64,000 nucleotides of DNA, taken from the human T2T-CHM13v2.0 reference genome, Homo sapiens. This document shows positions 1 to 13,665 of the stretch, one piece after another. Positions within the stretch are counted from its first letter, which is position 1. Each line of letters starts with the position of its first letter. The notes beneath the pieces were generated by a model. It saw only the letters and a program-made list of their open reading frames with translations. It was not told the DNA's origin and did no database searches. The stretch lies in the NCBI RefSeq assembly GCF_009914755.1, contig NC_060937.1. The stretch is one strand, 5' to 3'. The position numbers and the translations under genes were made by a program.

Positions 1-243
1 TTGATCCAGATGCCTTTCTTCTCACCTTATTGCTTTTCTTCAGACTTATCACATAATTCTTTAAAGCTGGACATACAAATGACAGTTTGAGGGTCTTTTC
101 CAGGTCTATAATTCATATACTGGCAACTGTGCACTAATGATTTGCCACAAAGAAGATAGATTGATCTCACAGTTCCTGGCGTATCATGGATGAATAGCAC
201 ATATTTTTTTAATGGAAGATTGAATGAGGTTGATAATCTCTTT

Positions 244-378
244 TAAATTAATTAATTAATCAATGAATCATTTTTAAGAGACAGGGTCTCACTCTGTTGC
301 CCAGGCTGGAGTGTAGTGATGTGATCATAGCTCACTGCAGCCTGGGCTCAAGCAGTTCTCCTGCTTCAGCCTCCCAAG
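244..378 (-). mobile_element. Short old Alu (FLAM/AluJ fragment)
   Basis: gagacagggtctcactctgttgcccaggctggagtgtagtgatgtgatcatagctcactgcagcc. TSD-like gataatctcttt (232-243) / gataatatcttt (379-390). Confidence 0.85.
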
Positions 379-1584
379 GATAATATCTTTATAATTCAAC
401 AGGAGAAGGAATACTTTTGCCTCTCAGCTTATTTCTAAAATTCCCATTACTTTACATACAATTTTATTTTACATATAGTCATAGACATATGTGAAGGAAG
501 GAACTTTAGTAATTATCTATAACACTGTAGGCAATCTGGGACTCATTTCACTGTACTTTTCACTGTTAGGGAAACACACCCACAGAGCTTCAGTGAAACT
601 ATCTAATGGCACTAGTCCTTGTACCCAGGCATTGTGATTTTCAGTTCTGAGATTCATTCTACTCACTGCTTAAGAATATTACATGCCTAGCTTTTCTGGA
701 TGCATGGGTTGGGACATTCACATAGGAAAAGAGGGATTCTCCCATTTCCTCTTTGCACTCTTATATTTAGCCTCATAATATTTAACTCATAATTGCCTGG
801 AGATTGGACCATAAATTCAGGTCATTCACCTTAGTTCTGTTAACCCCCAACACAGCCTTAAAATATATTGTAGCTAATATTTATTATAAAATATTTTGAA
901 AATCATTTTCATTGAAATATATTATTTTGTTATTTTCATAAAGTTATGAGAAATGTAGACTCTGAGATCAAGGTGACCTCATATTTCACATAGGCAGGTA
1001 TCCTGATCAGTGATATTATCCACAGACCTTCCAAAAATATGTCACCAGCAATTTTCTCAGTTTCTTAGATAGATTAGTTTAAAGGACTTATTTAGGACAC
1101 TAACTCTTTGCTCTTTCTAGTTTCTAAAATGCTACGAAGGAAAGAGAAGAAAACTAACATATACTGAGCACTTACCATGTGCCAGACATTATGCTAGTGC
1201 TCTTGTATATATACTTTTGCCCTATTTTACAAAAAATACTGTTTTCATTTCATTTTAATGCAAACAGATTGTAAAGCATGTGAGCCCCCACATGAAGTCT
1301 GTTGCTCTTAGAATATTTCCAACTAGATTCTTCTATTCTCTATTCCCCGCATCTCTCACTGCCCTTGGTGTGTGTACCTAAGCAGTGTTTATTAAAGTGT
1401 GTATTTTTAAAAAGGGAATAAATTTGGCATGTATCACTATAGGCTTATGCATAATTAATTCTGAATAAGCTGAAAATGGAGCTTAAAATGGATGAAACTT
1501 TTAACATTTGGAGTATTAGCTAAAATGGGTATTTAAAAAATTATGGCTTTTCATGAAGCCATACAAGCTTCAGAGTATAGAGTC

Positions 1585-1760
1585 ATAGAAAGAAATGGAC
1601 TTAGGAATCAGACAGGGTTTTTATTTCCAGCTATCCTCGTAGGTGTGGGACTTGAGTTAACCTTTATAGCATTGGTTTTCTCATTTTGAAAAGGAAAATA
1701 ATATGTCATAGAGTTTTTATGAGAATTAAAGAAAATAAGGTATGTAAATATATAATACAC
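1585..1760 (+). mobile_element. MIR SINE
   Basis: ggaatcagacagggttt...ttttctcattttgaaaaggaaaataat...ttatgagaattaaa, degenerate MIR core. Confidence 0.65.
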
Positions 1761-2379
1761 ATGATTTGTCCTATTTTGACACTTTGAAAATGATCATTAT
1801 TAAATGTTCTGCGGCACATCTTGAATTTTTGTATTTGAGGCTATTGTCTTGAGATCAAAATATTAAAATTTTTGCTTGGGTAGTAGTTCTGCTCTAAAGT
1901 TAAATTATATGTTTCCTCTTTTACTGATTTAGAGCAGCTTTTAACATTTCCTAGAGGCATGTTCCAGAGCTTGGCATTATAGTTAGATTTTTTTTTCTCT
2001 GACAGATATATCTTATTCTAAAAAATAATCTGGAATTGTATCCTTGTCTATACAACTCAATTTCACTCATTTTAAAACAAAAAATCTTCCCTTTCACTCT
2101 GCAAATACAGCACATTTAACAGAAAATAGAGGCAATTAGGTAAGCACTCCTTCACTTTTCCAGCACCAGTTTTGCCAGCCCACCTTTTTCTGTTCTCACA
2201 GGGTGTACTTTCTTCTCTTTACAATGGGGGTTTATTCTTGCTGTTCAGACCAGCCTCTCCGCAACTCCTCCCTTCTTCTTCATGGATTTATTATTGCAGT
2301 GGTATCTGCTTCCTCTTCCATCACCAGTTTCTATCTCTCTATTTGATCCTTCCTCAGTAATATTTGCCTCAGTAATATT

Positions 2380-2830
2380 TGTATTAATATTTTGACTACA
2401 CATCTTCCTCCTGCAACTGCTTTCTTTCACCTCAAACTCCTCTGCAGAGTTGACTCTTCTTTTTCTGCTTGTCTTCTTCCACAGATCAGCCCAATGAGGC
2501 ATTTCCTTCCAGCTCTCCCTGAAACTGGCTATTGTGAAGGACACCCGTTATCTCAGCATGCCAAACCCTGTGGGTAATTCTATGTCCTCATCCAACCTGG
2601 TGTCTCAGCAGCATTGACATTGTGGGCCATGACCTGCTTTTCAAAGCACTTTCTAACTACCTGTCCTTTTGTGACTCAACATTTTTCTATTTTCCTTCCA
2701 GTTTACTGGCTTCTCTCTCATTCTTTTTTACTAGTTTCTCTTTCTATACCGAACTGCTAAATTTTTGAAAACTTCAGACATTCTTTTCCCCTATGACTCA
2801 TATCTAGTGTCCAGACAATCACTTGCAGCC
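2380..2830 (+). mobile_element. L2 LINE fragment
   Basis: ctccctgaaactggctattgtgaagg, tcagcagcattgacattgtgggccatg and pyrimidine-rich L2-type sequence. Confidence 0.55.
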
Positions 2831-2894
2831 AGCCTCTCTTTTTCTCTTAAAATCTCCTCTCTTCCCATTTCTCATTTTTCTTTCCTCTCCTTAA

Positions 2895-3010
2895 GCTAAT
2901 GAGCTTTTTTTGAGTACCTTCTATTTCTTCCTGGACTCTGGGCTAGGCACTGGAGTTACCAAGGTGAATAATACACATTCCTTGTCTTCAAGCAATGCGT
3001 AGTCTACTAG
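2895..3010 (-). mobile_element. L2 3' fragment
   Basis: gagtaccttctat...ctgggctaggcactggagttaccaaggtgaataatacacattccttgtcttcaag. Confidence 0.55.
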
Positions 3011-3339
3011 CAGTCTATATTCTTTCTAGAAAGTATTATGAAGAATTAGAGTTGCTGTGATTAGGCTATTGGTCGTAACAGAAGGGGTACAAAGGACAGA
3101 GTGGGTGCGGATGGGAATCATGGAGAATTTCCTCTCTGATATAGGAATGGCTCACACCATTCTTATTCCAAACCCATAACTTGCACGGAAGAAAATAAAT
3201 TGAAGATCACACCTAAATTTTTAAAATGTGATCTTTCAGGTGCCAAAAAAAATGCAACTGTTTCAAACCACGTGAGTTTTAAAACATGAATAATAAGCCA
3301 AAAATGTTATAAATGAAATATTATAAATTCCCTTAATTT

Positions 3340-5990
3340 CTTTAATTTTTATTTTTATCAAAGTGGCACATATCCGTAATTTTAAAGTCAGATGGTTCTA
3401 AAAGGTCAATAGTGAAAAACACAGAAGTGTGTTTTTCCTATTTATCTGTTCCTTTTTCCTAAAGATAACCACTTTCAACTAGTTTAGCTACTTTTTTGGG
3501 TGTTTATAGCCATGTTGTAAAATAACTGATGTTTTTACATTGATTTTTTTTCCTATTTAAATATCCTATGTGCTGGATAAAGAGAGAATCCTCTTACTTG
3601 CTCCTCCAATCCACACATATATTCTTCCCTAATTCTACCAGCGATAACTTTTAGTTTTATCTTACTCAGATTTTATATTATCGTGACTCTGACATTTCTT
3701 CACAACTAAGACCTGTAGTATACTATTATTGCATTTCCTTTCTTGTATATTTTCCTTGATTTTAATAATTACATTTTAGTTTATTATCTAATACAAATTG
3801 TGGCTGACTGCCATGGTTACTGCTTGAAATGGTGACTACAGCAGTTACTTCTGTTACTGCTTGAGACCATCATTATAGCAGTTTCTACTGTTACCACTTG
3901 AGACTGTCATTACCACTGAAGGAAGGGATGAATGTAGAAATGAAAACTTAAGACAAAAGAAACTATTTTAAGGAAAGGCAACATGGGGAGAAGAAGAGAG
4001 CTACCTGCTTCTAGTGAGCAAAGGCAGCCCTTCGTATTTATTGGGTAACAAGAGCAGGGGGAGGAGGTAACGATTGGTTCACTGCTTAATTGATCAAAGG
4101 TTCATATTGTTACTAACAGGCTTCAATTATGCCTAATCATAAGAAACACTTGTGCCTGGGTCTTGACTGCCCTCAGCAGTCCTTCTGGGTGGCATACGCA
4201 GTTTGTCAGTTTGCCAACATTCTGCATTTATGACAAACAGTTTGCTACTTACATAGCCTCCAGTGGTATACTGAGTTGATCGCAACCCTCACTCTTTCAG
4301 CCTCCAACAACAAATTCACCCCAGGACTCTGCTAGAAATATAATTCCCCACTTTGTGTGTTCAAAGACACTATATATTCCTATAAATTTAATTTTCTTGC
4401 TGACTTCATCCTTGGAGTTCTCTACATCTGCTGGAATCAGGACCAGGCCATCTCTAGGCAGTTGCACAGCTTTTGTCCTGGGATGTCCCTGCACCATCAT
4501 CCTGGGGTAGCCTTGGTCTCTCTTCTTTGTATTAGTTTCCCTGGTTTCTGCATCTCATGTTGTTTTCTTTCTTTATATCCCTGTTAAGGCAGAACACACC
4601 CATCAGTAGTTTCTTGAGGGAGGATGCAGGAATAAGTTGTCTGAGACCTTTGCTTTTTTCAACCCCTACAATTAATAATTTTCCTTTGTAGGGAAAATTA
4701 GATTGGGATTACTTTTTCTCGAGAATATTTAAATCATTGTCCCATCGTCTCCTAGCTTTCAAGATTGCAGTGAGTCATTCTGATTCCTCTTTGGCTAGGA
4801 CCTACTTTTAAAGAATGAACTCTGGGGAATCTTCTTTCTCCCTTTACTCTGGAATTTCACTGGGAAGGTCCTTCTCTGGGTTTTCTCTTGTCTCTTGTGC
4901 TGGGCACTCAGTAGGCTTTTCAATCTGAAAATTTTTATATTTCAGTTCTGGAATTTTTTCCTGAATCACTTATTTGATTTATATGTTTATTAATTTTCTT
5001 TGTTTTCTGTTTTTGGAATTCCTATTATTTACATGTTTGTCCCTTGGCTAATTCCCTAATTTTCTTACTGCTTCTCTTTTGTTGTATTTCCAAGCTCTCC
5101 TTTTCAGCTACTTTCTGAATAATTTCTGCAACTTTACTTTCTACCTTCTCTGTAAGGCTTTTTTTCGCCTTTCTACTATTGCATTTTTAAATTCCAAAAT
5201 CTCTCTTTTGTCCCAGAATGTTCCATATTTGTAATATCCTTTTTTTCATGGTTGTTTTATCTTCTTTCATCTGTCTGAAAAATATGGATTTTTGATTTGT
5301 TTTCTTTTCTCTGCAATGTCTATGTTTCTTACCATTTCTTTTCCCTGATAGATTCGACCATTTTCTTTTTTGTTTTCTCTTTGGTTGATTGTATTTCCTT
5401 GTGGAAGATTTTCAGTGACCTGTCTGGTAGGTACAAGTCTGGCTGACTCTGTTCTGGGATCTGAGTTGGGAAAGGGGATGGGAGTATCATCATTCCATGA
5501 GTAGATTTTTCACTTAATCTAGCAATGTTCAGTTTGGCAGCCCTGCTCCTATGCCCAGTGCCCCCTAGAATCCCTCAATTCACGCTATTCAGAGAGAACA
5601 TTTTCTAACTTTTGTTGAGATTGGACAGGGTATCTAACGTCTTTTTAAACAGATTTTTAACCAATCACCTCTGCCTTCACACTCCTTTAAGAGGTACCAG
5701 GTAACTTTAATTACTGAACACTTCTGGAATTTGAGGTATGCACTGGCTAGCTTTTGGGCCTCCCTCCCCAGCCAGTCTCGGTTTTCGATTTTTCAGGTTT
5801 GCTAAATCATTTACCACTTATCCATCTGATTTCTAGCTTCTCAAATTGTGTTGCTGTTGTTTCCTCTCTTGTTCTGTTTGTCCTTGAGGATTTATGCCTT
5901 TAAAAATGCTACACATTTATTTTAGAGGAGTTTAGGGAAGGAAATCAGGTTAAAAATGTGTGTTTAATCTTCCTTTTTAAACCTGAAGCC
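3340..5990 (-). mobile_element. HAL1 (half-L1)/L1ME-type element, near full length, interrupted by an ERVK LTR
   Basis: Starts with a HAL1-like 3' end (tttttatcaaagtggcacat...ttttaaagtcagat) and has a T-rich ORF1-antisense body. Its 5' part is homologous to 56330-56635. Confidence 0.65.
3799..4309 (-). mobile_element. Solo LTR, ERVK class (probably LTR3-family, HERV-K HML-6)
   Basis: TG...CA termini, 511 bp, perfect 6-bp TSD acaaat (3793-3798 / 4310-4315), internal gttactgcttgagacc repeats. The family name is from recalled consensus. Confidence 0.8.
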
Positions 5991-6824
5991 CATCAATTTA
6001 ATCAGTTAAGGGGAGACTTAAAAGAGGGGCAGAAATGACACACCAAATAGAGCAGTGAAAGTAAAACTGAGACAGAAAGGAGGAAGCAGTCACCAAGAGG
6101 ACATACAAAAGTGGGGAGAAGGAATGAGACCTAGACTGAGGAAGGGCACAGCAGAGACGTTCATGTCTAAAACATTGACTTGATTCATTCATTTCTTTAT
6201 TCATATATTCTCTCATGCAATGGAAGTTTCTCTTGAGCCATTGTGTTAGGAACTCTGATAGATGTTGCAGATACCAAATATATGAGTGGAAGGTAAATCA
6301 GCAATTGTTACTAATTCCTAACAGTTACTGAGCCCCTAAAGGGCTTATAGTCTGCTATCTTCAGATTATTTCAACTCAAAAATATTTATTCAGAAACTAG
6401 TGAGAGTCAGGCATTCTTCTATGTGATAAAATACTATTAATTTTATTCTGTAACAGCCTCTAATGTGTTGATTTGTTGATTACTCACTTCTCACATCTCT
6501 TTTGGTGTTCATTATTGTTAAAACCAAAACAGATTCCAACAATAATGTCTGTGGAATCCATTCAAAGGTGAATATGTAGTGTTATGCATTTGTATTCTTA
6601 TGCTAATATGCTTGTATCTATAGTGTGACCATAAAGTAATAAAGAGATTTCTTGTGTTACTTACAGACCTCTATCTCTTAACTTGCGGTTACTTACAGAA
6701 TATTTGAATATTTTCAAGAGCAACTAGGTAGACCTCATGAAAAGACTTTTACATACTGAAGTATTCATATGGCTAAATCACTGGAGATTTAGAACAACTT
6801 ATGGTTACAAAATTAGGTAACAAA

Positions 6825-6965
6825 ATAGATTAAATGTATTGAATGTCTACCATGTGTCAGACACTCTTTTAAGTGTTGTACCTGTATTAACTCATCTATT
6901 CTTCAAAGTAAAGGAGGTTCTATCTTTATCCCCATTTTAGAGCTAAGAAAACTGAGATAGAAGAT
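6825..6965 (-). mobile_element. MIR SINE
   Basis: tgaatgtctaccatgtgtcagacact...tatccccattttagagctaagaaaactgag. Confidence 0.75.
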
Positions 6966-8157
6966 TAAAAGACAATTGGAGAAGACATTTGTAGAGTACC
7001 TATACAATTTCCTCTATTGGAATTGATCCATCTGTTTTGACTGTTGACCTCATGGATGGTCACTGAATGAGCATCTGAAAGACCTCCTTAAGAAAAGATC
7101 CCAGAAAACTGCAGTGGTATCCAGGGAGGCTGGCAGGCTTGCTAGGTTTTTGTTTACTCATTTGTTTGTTTGCTTTAGGGTTAGATTCATATTGATGACT
7201 GAGTAGCTTGATAAGCGTAGGAGGACTAAAAAATTATGAACCTTTGAAATGTTTAGAACATTTAAAGAATAATTTAGTGTGTCAGAGATTCTCAGCCCAT
7301 TATTCAAAACAACTTATCAGCAGATTTTAAGGGGAAGGAACTGTTTGCATTGCTATTATACAAAGAGGCCTTTAAATAATTGTTGCTGGTGCTCAAAATA
7401 TCTGTTTAAACTCAGTTTATATATTTCTACATATTCTACTATCATTTTCTCATAAAGCTTATTAGTGATCATGATTACAAATGAAGATGTAGTTCCTACT
7501 GCTACTGATTTTGGCTTTATTTGCTTGTATTATCACTATTTATAGTAATCAATGGTCATGCAGGCTACTAGCTGGTGATAGTCCATTCAAGCGGCTAAGA
7601 AAATCACAATGGCAAATGCATTGCTTTCTGGTTAAATGAGGCAGTACAAATGAGTCATTAGTTATAGCCTCCTAGATAACATATGGTTCCAAGGAATCTC
7701 TGTTTAACCTCCAGTTTCAAAAGATTATTCAGAATTTCTTCCCTTCCTTGGTGGCTAGTCTGTAGAATAAAAACTAGTCTGAGTTTGAAACATAAATCCA
7801 TAGCTTATGTGGTGCATAAAAATGTGTTAAAAGGTTTATTAATCAGGGGGTTTCTGCACTGGTGGGTAATGTTTTTTGCATACTCTTAGAAATCTGTCAT
7901 TCTCTTATACACTAATCTCTGTGTGTGTTTAAAGTGGTCATCTTAGGCTTGCTAGGGTTAAGATCACTTCCATTGGTATTTTCATCTGTAAACACCAATA
8001 GTAAACTATCCCTATTTGCGAGTCAGTGTTTAAGTAGCCTAATAATTAGACCATACTAAAAAGGATCTAGGATTTTGTATATGCCATTGCATCTAAACTC
8101 TATCACCTTTCTTACATAAACCAGGTCAGTTTGTGTATCTCCCATTTTTTTTTAAAA

Positions 8158-8325
8158 CTAACTTTGTGACCTCAAACAAGTTTCCTAGCCATTCAAGGCC
8201 TCACTTTTATCATGTGTTAAATGGAGATGATAACGTATCTGTCTTATAGGATTATGTGAGAATTAAAGAAAGTAGAATTAAGGCAAATAAAACATTATTG
8301 GGCCGTAGGAATCACTTAATAAACA
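8158..8325 (+). mobile_element. MIR SINE
   Basis: tgtgacctcaaacaagtttcct...gcctcacttttatcatgtgttaaatggagatgataac. Confidence 0.7.
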
Positions 8326-9964
8326 TTACTTCTGTATTACTCCCAATTTAAAAAGTGACAATTTACTTTCAACTGACATGTTTATTTTGAACATGAAAAT
8401 ACACAAAAATAGTCCCTTCTTTAATATTCGCCTTGAAGTGCATTCTGGATGTTTATTCTGTGCTTTCATGCCAGTTCTCTGTGGTAAGAGGCAGAGATGA
8501 TTCAACCTGAATAAAACAGCCTTGAGGGTTTGTGGAATCCAGTATTAATGATTCAAGCTCCTATCATTACACAGTTGCAGAGATAGCAAAAGTTGTCATT
8601 ACGTGAAAACCTTCCTCTGTTGAACTGAAATCTTATGAGTCCTGTTTCTTGCATCTTCCTGAATACAACACAAGCAACCACCCCCATCCATTGTAAAAAT
8701 ATCTGTGTAGAAGAGCCTTGTGGAATGTCAGGTACTGTAAGCATCTGGAAATTCAAATGCAGATAGAGTAGAAATCAATTGCAAAATGAAATCTCCTATC
8801 TTAGTGGAAGGAGTTTAGAGTTTATGAAATTAATAAAAGTGGTTAGTCAAATGAAAAGTCACTGATAGTTGAAAATATAGTAGACTTAGGCTATTTGATA
8901 ATTGAAGAGAAATGAAGCAATGGATTAAAATAATCATTTGAATACAAAAGGATTAAAAGACCCTTGAGAAAACTGAAGGAGCTCTCAATTTTTTTCATGA
9001 AGCATGTCTCTTTATTATCAACTTGCAAGAGTCAAGTATAAATTAATTAGTACTTTTGTTTGAAAAAAATCACGCTCAGATACTTGATTTAGTTCTAAGA
9101 ATTAGTGCACAGTTACAGTTACAATAAAATAAGTGGGTTAAATATGAGATAATAAAGGAATTTCTATAATTCGAGTTCCTTTTTTTCAGTATATAGTTCC
9201 AAGCAAATCTTATTAATGTCTTTTCAATGGATTCACATTTAACAAAGACCTTTGTGAAATATCTGCCATCTTTTAGGTAAAGCAGACATCCAATACAAGC
9301 TTCTAACATATTTCTTGGAGCCTATCTGCATAGTCAGAAATTATGCACCCCGAAATTCTTCCACACGGTTTATTTAAACAATTGCTGAGAGTGAAAAGAA
9401 AATTCATTTTGTTCTTGTGCTTCCGGATTCTTAAGTACCATCTTCCTGTACTTTCAATTTAAATTACCCTCAGATAGTTTTTCACCCCTGCCTTAACATG
9501 CCAATTAATATTCTGGCTATTACTATGTCACTCGCCTCAGAAGAAAGTTTCTGTCAAGCCCAAATTAAGTTACTGAAGATATGAAATTAAAACAAAACAA
9601 AATCATGGCTAAAAAAATATAAACCTTAACAAATAGTAAATTCCTGCTGAAGGCAGAAATAAAATGTACTCTATTTGAGATCAAAATTTACTATTACTTT
9701 GCAAGAATGTCAATTCCCAGTTCAGCTCTAGTCAAGTGTATGAAATAAATCGTTTCAGAATTTCAATGTTAATTCCTCTAGCACATACTGACGAAAGGGG
9801 AAAAAAATAACTATTATCATAAAGTTTCTGTTTAGGTGATTCCGTAGTAAGTTGATGATGATCACAGCTATGTTGCTTTTTGGAAGCTTGGAAATGTTTG
9901 TGCATGGAATGCAATTGGTAATTAATCAAGGAAGTGATATCTCATTAGGTTTCTAAAACTCACT

Positions 9965-10620
9965 GTTCTACTTGTATGCTCAATGCAATCCTGTCTTTTT
10001 CCTTCCAGAACCTGACTCCAAAAACCTCTCTAACCACTCTGTCTTTCCCAGTTTCTGCTATAGCCACCACTTTTCTTCCTTCTTTTCTTCCTAGGTTCTC
10101 TCTCTTAGTCATTTCATCCACTCCCATAATTTTAACTCACACATCTAGGCAGATGGCTCTTAGATTTGTATTTATAGCACCATCTTACCTTCCAAGCTCA
10201 ATCTCACATTTCTAACTATCTGCTAGACATTTGCACCTAAATGCACCACCAAACTCAAAATGTCTAAAATTTAACTCATTTTCTTACTTCCACCTCCTCC
10301 TAATTTTCGTTTTTGTAGATGGTAACCACATTCCTCCAACTGTACACTCTGAAAACTTACAAAGTATGCTTGGACCTTCTCTTCCCTTTCTTTACATTCC
10401 CATTGTCACCAAATCCCATCAATCCGATCTTTAAATCGACTCAATTCCACAAACCCATCTATTGGACACCTCTTAGAGACACAGTTCTATGCTAGAAAAT
10501 AAGGGGTAAATAAACTTATCAAAAACAAGACATAAATCCTGTGCTCAGGGACCTTGCAATCTAGCAACTGAAATAAGATTTGGACCCAAACTATTCTCAG
10601 AGCAACCAGATTAATTTTCC
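9965..10620 (+). mobile_element. L2 fragment (+) with a nested antisense L2 3' piece at ~10440-10570
   Basis: ctaactatctgctagacatttgcacc...caaactcaaaatgtctaaaatttaactc. The nested piece is tattggacacc...tcctgtgctcagggaccttgcaatctag. Confidence 0.6.
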
Positions 10621-10644
10621 TCTCATACCTACAATAATAGCTTT

Positions 10645-10880
10645 GGTTAGTTGATTAGTTTACTGTGTACCAACTGCTATTCTAAACACATTTCATCCAT
10701 TATTTCACTACTCCCCACAATTCTATAAAGTAGATATTAATGTTATTCCCCTTACAGATGAGAAAGCTGAGGCATAGAGAGATTTAAATATTTTTTCCCA
10801 AGGACACAGAGTTTATAAATGAAAGATCCAAGGACTGAACCCTGGAGTCTGGTCCGGAGACCAATCTCTTAACTCCTGCT
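10645..10880 (-). mobile_element. MIR SINE
   Basis: ttattccccttacagatgagaaagctgaggcatagagag...cccaaggacacagag. Confidence 0.8.
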
Positions 10881-11994
10881 CCCTGGTGCCTGCCCCCACA
10901 CCTCTTCACCCTGTCCTTCCCCAGCCACAGATGACAGGGAAGGTCCCTGACCCCAAAAAGCTATACTGTTGGCTGGACAGTTACTTATTATTTATGTGAC
11001 TTGGTTTGAATAGATGAACTGGACCTTGTTGAGGTTTTTCTCTTGAGAATTTAAAATAGAAAACAGCAACTACTGCCATTTACACCGATGCTTGAGATAT
11101 TGGACTTCTGTTTTCTAATTCTGATATACTTGACATGCTTTTGAACTGAAAACTTAAATTGAGATTAAAATAACTGTTGGTTCACACCATTTAATGTAAA
11201 ATGATTTGTGGATGCTTTTAAATAACCTTTAAATATAATTTAAATATTTATGTCAATATCGGTTTTTCCTTCCAAACTCTTTACCTTTTTTTTTTTTGTA
11301 GTTTTGTTTTGTTTATTTGTTTTCTGTAAAACTTTCTACCTTCTTAATATCCTTTTTGTTATTCCCCTTTTGTTTTCCCTCTGGTAGCTTGTCAACTTTA
11401 GATTTTTAGTTTTAGCTAGTATCTAAAATTTAATATTTGAGGTGTCTGCTTTGACACATCTGTGTTATTCTCTTACCAATCCAGATTTACTAGTCCAGAA
11501 TAGAACCCTTCCTGGGTTACTCAGTTACCCTCACTATTTATTTGATTTTACCTTTCTTTTTTTTTTTATGTTTCTGCAAACTTTTACCAATTACTTATGC
11601 CACAATTGAAGCACTTTACATTTATCTAGATTATTTGGGCTAATTCCAATTTCTTTTATACACTTTTAAATACAATTTTCTATTTGTTCAAAATTTCACT
11701 ATTTTGTACTCTTTTTGAAGATTCTTGAAAGAGAATATTAGCCACTTTCAATAATTATGAATTTAAAATTAATTTTCAATAAAGTTTAATTCAAAAATCC
11801 AATTTAAATTTAATCAAAATATAATTTGAAATTAAAAATTTAAATTACAAGTATCTGAATATTTGAATCAATATCATATGAATATAATTATCTGAATAGC
11901 TGAATTAATGTTTTAAGTTAAATGTTAAATTAATATTAAACAGTATCTGAAAGGAATTAGAATTATCTCAAATAATCCTGTATTAAAATTTATT

Positions 11995-12350
11995 ATATTT
12001 CATTCAGTCTTTAAAAACCAGGAAACTCTGCAATACATGATAACATGGATGAACCTTGAGGACATTATGCTAAGTGAAATAAGCCAGGCATAGAAAGCCA
12101 AATACTGCATATTTCCACCTACCTGAGGCATAGAAAAGTGCTCAAAATTTACAGAACCAAAGAATGAAATGGTGGTTTCCAGGGGCTGTGGAAAGGCGAA
12201 ATGAGAGTTATCAATTAAGGGGCATAAAGTTTCAGTTAGGCAAGATGAATAAGCTCTAGAAATCTGCTATACAACTTTGTATCTATAGTCAAGAATCAGG
12301 TATTGTAGACTTAAAAACTTAACTGTTCTTGTCACAATAAAATAAAACTG
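11995..12350 (+). mobile_element. L1MB-type 3' end fragment
   Basis: acatggatgaaccttgaggacattatgctaagtgaaataagccag...cacaataaaataaaa. Confidence 0.85.
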
Positions 12351-12649
12351 AAAATTGAATGAAATAATGTATTTTTGATTCTTACTAATGAAATATACTT
12401 TTCTAAATACTTCATTATTGGTAATAAAAATGGAACATTTTTGCTCAAGCTATTGAAACATTCTTGTTAAATTTCTTAAACAGTTCTGATAACAGTTATA
12501 ATTGGCAATTTGATAAATTCAGAAAATTGACTTTTTTCTGAAATCTGATAAAATAGCCACCCAATAAAACAGCTTTCTGAAAATGTATTTTGGATTTAAA
12601 TTGGCCTACATACTAAAATCTAAAGGTTAAGTCTCAGTCTCATTTCCCT

Positions 12650-13665
12650 TATCACTTTGGTGGCATTTATCATAGTTGATTATTTTACTTCTTAAAACAC
12701 AGTTACATGTTTTCTGGGATACCACGAACTTACCTGGTTTCTCTTACATCCTGATTTCCTTCTCTGGCTTTGCATCTTCTTGACACCCTAGATGTTGGAG
12801 TCTTTTCTCCTCTCCTTAAACAGATTTTTCTTTGGGATCTCAAATAGTCCCATAAATACCCCCTCATGCTGTTCTCTCCTGAGCTGATTCAGGGTCATGC
12901 TCATGGCCCTGACTGGTAGATCCAATTGTTTTCACTTAGTTTCATAATAGACATTTCAAATTGAACATGCTGAGAAAAGAACAATTAATTCTGCCATCCC
13001 GCTCTTGTCCAAGTCATACCAACTCTCATCTGCAGCCCCACTACAGCCACCCAACAGGTCCCTATTCCTACTCTTGCCCTTCTCAGGTCGATTCTCCACA
13101 ACACAGCCAGAGAATCTTTTCAAAGCAGGCCTCAGGTTCAGTACTACTCAATATCTTTGCATCTGTGCTTTTGCATTTCTCAACAGTGTGTACGTTACCT
13201 GGCCCCTGCCTATCTCTTTATTCCTGTCCCCTTTCTTTACCATGCTCTTCACTGGGTTTCAGCCACACAGCAGTGTTTCTATTGTTTCTTGAACATGCCA
13301 AGCTCATTTGCATCTTCGAGCCATTCTACTTGATCTCCCCTCTGCCCGTAACACTGTTCTCACTAAAACTCTTTTTCACATTATTTCAGTTTTTACTCAG
13401 ATGTCATGTCCTTGAGGAGGACTCCTCGATCATTACATATATAATAGGACTCACTCTATGCTGTCACTTTGTATGCCTTGAACCTGTTTTATTTTCTTTG
13501 TGAATCATGAATCACTACGTGACATTATCATTTATATTTACTTGTTATTACCTGTCTCTCCCACCAGCTTATGAAGGCAGAGACTTCTCATTGACTTACT
13601 CATTGGTTTCCTAACATAGCACCTGGCACATAGAAGATGCTCAATATACATTTATTGAATGAACA
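12650..13665 (+). mobile_element. L2 (L2a-like) 3' portion
   Basis: Ends acctggcacatagaagatgctcaatatacatttattgaatgaa. Contains cttgaacatgccaagctc. ORFs 12961-13503 and 13005-13292 lie inside it. Confidence 0.8.

Noticed and set aside
2352-2381. Perfect 15-bp tandem duplication cctcagtaatatttg
   Set aside because: A common slippage micro-duplication with no evident function.
3810-3915. Spaced direct repeats superficially like a CRISPR array
   Set aside because: Internal LTR repeats in a primate genome, with no unique spacers or cas genes.
12961-13503. Longest ORF (180 aa)
   Set aside because: Lies within L2 sequence, starts at TTG, has Leu/Ser/Phe-rich low-information composition and no recognisable domain.
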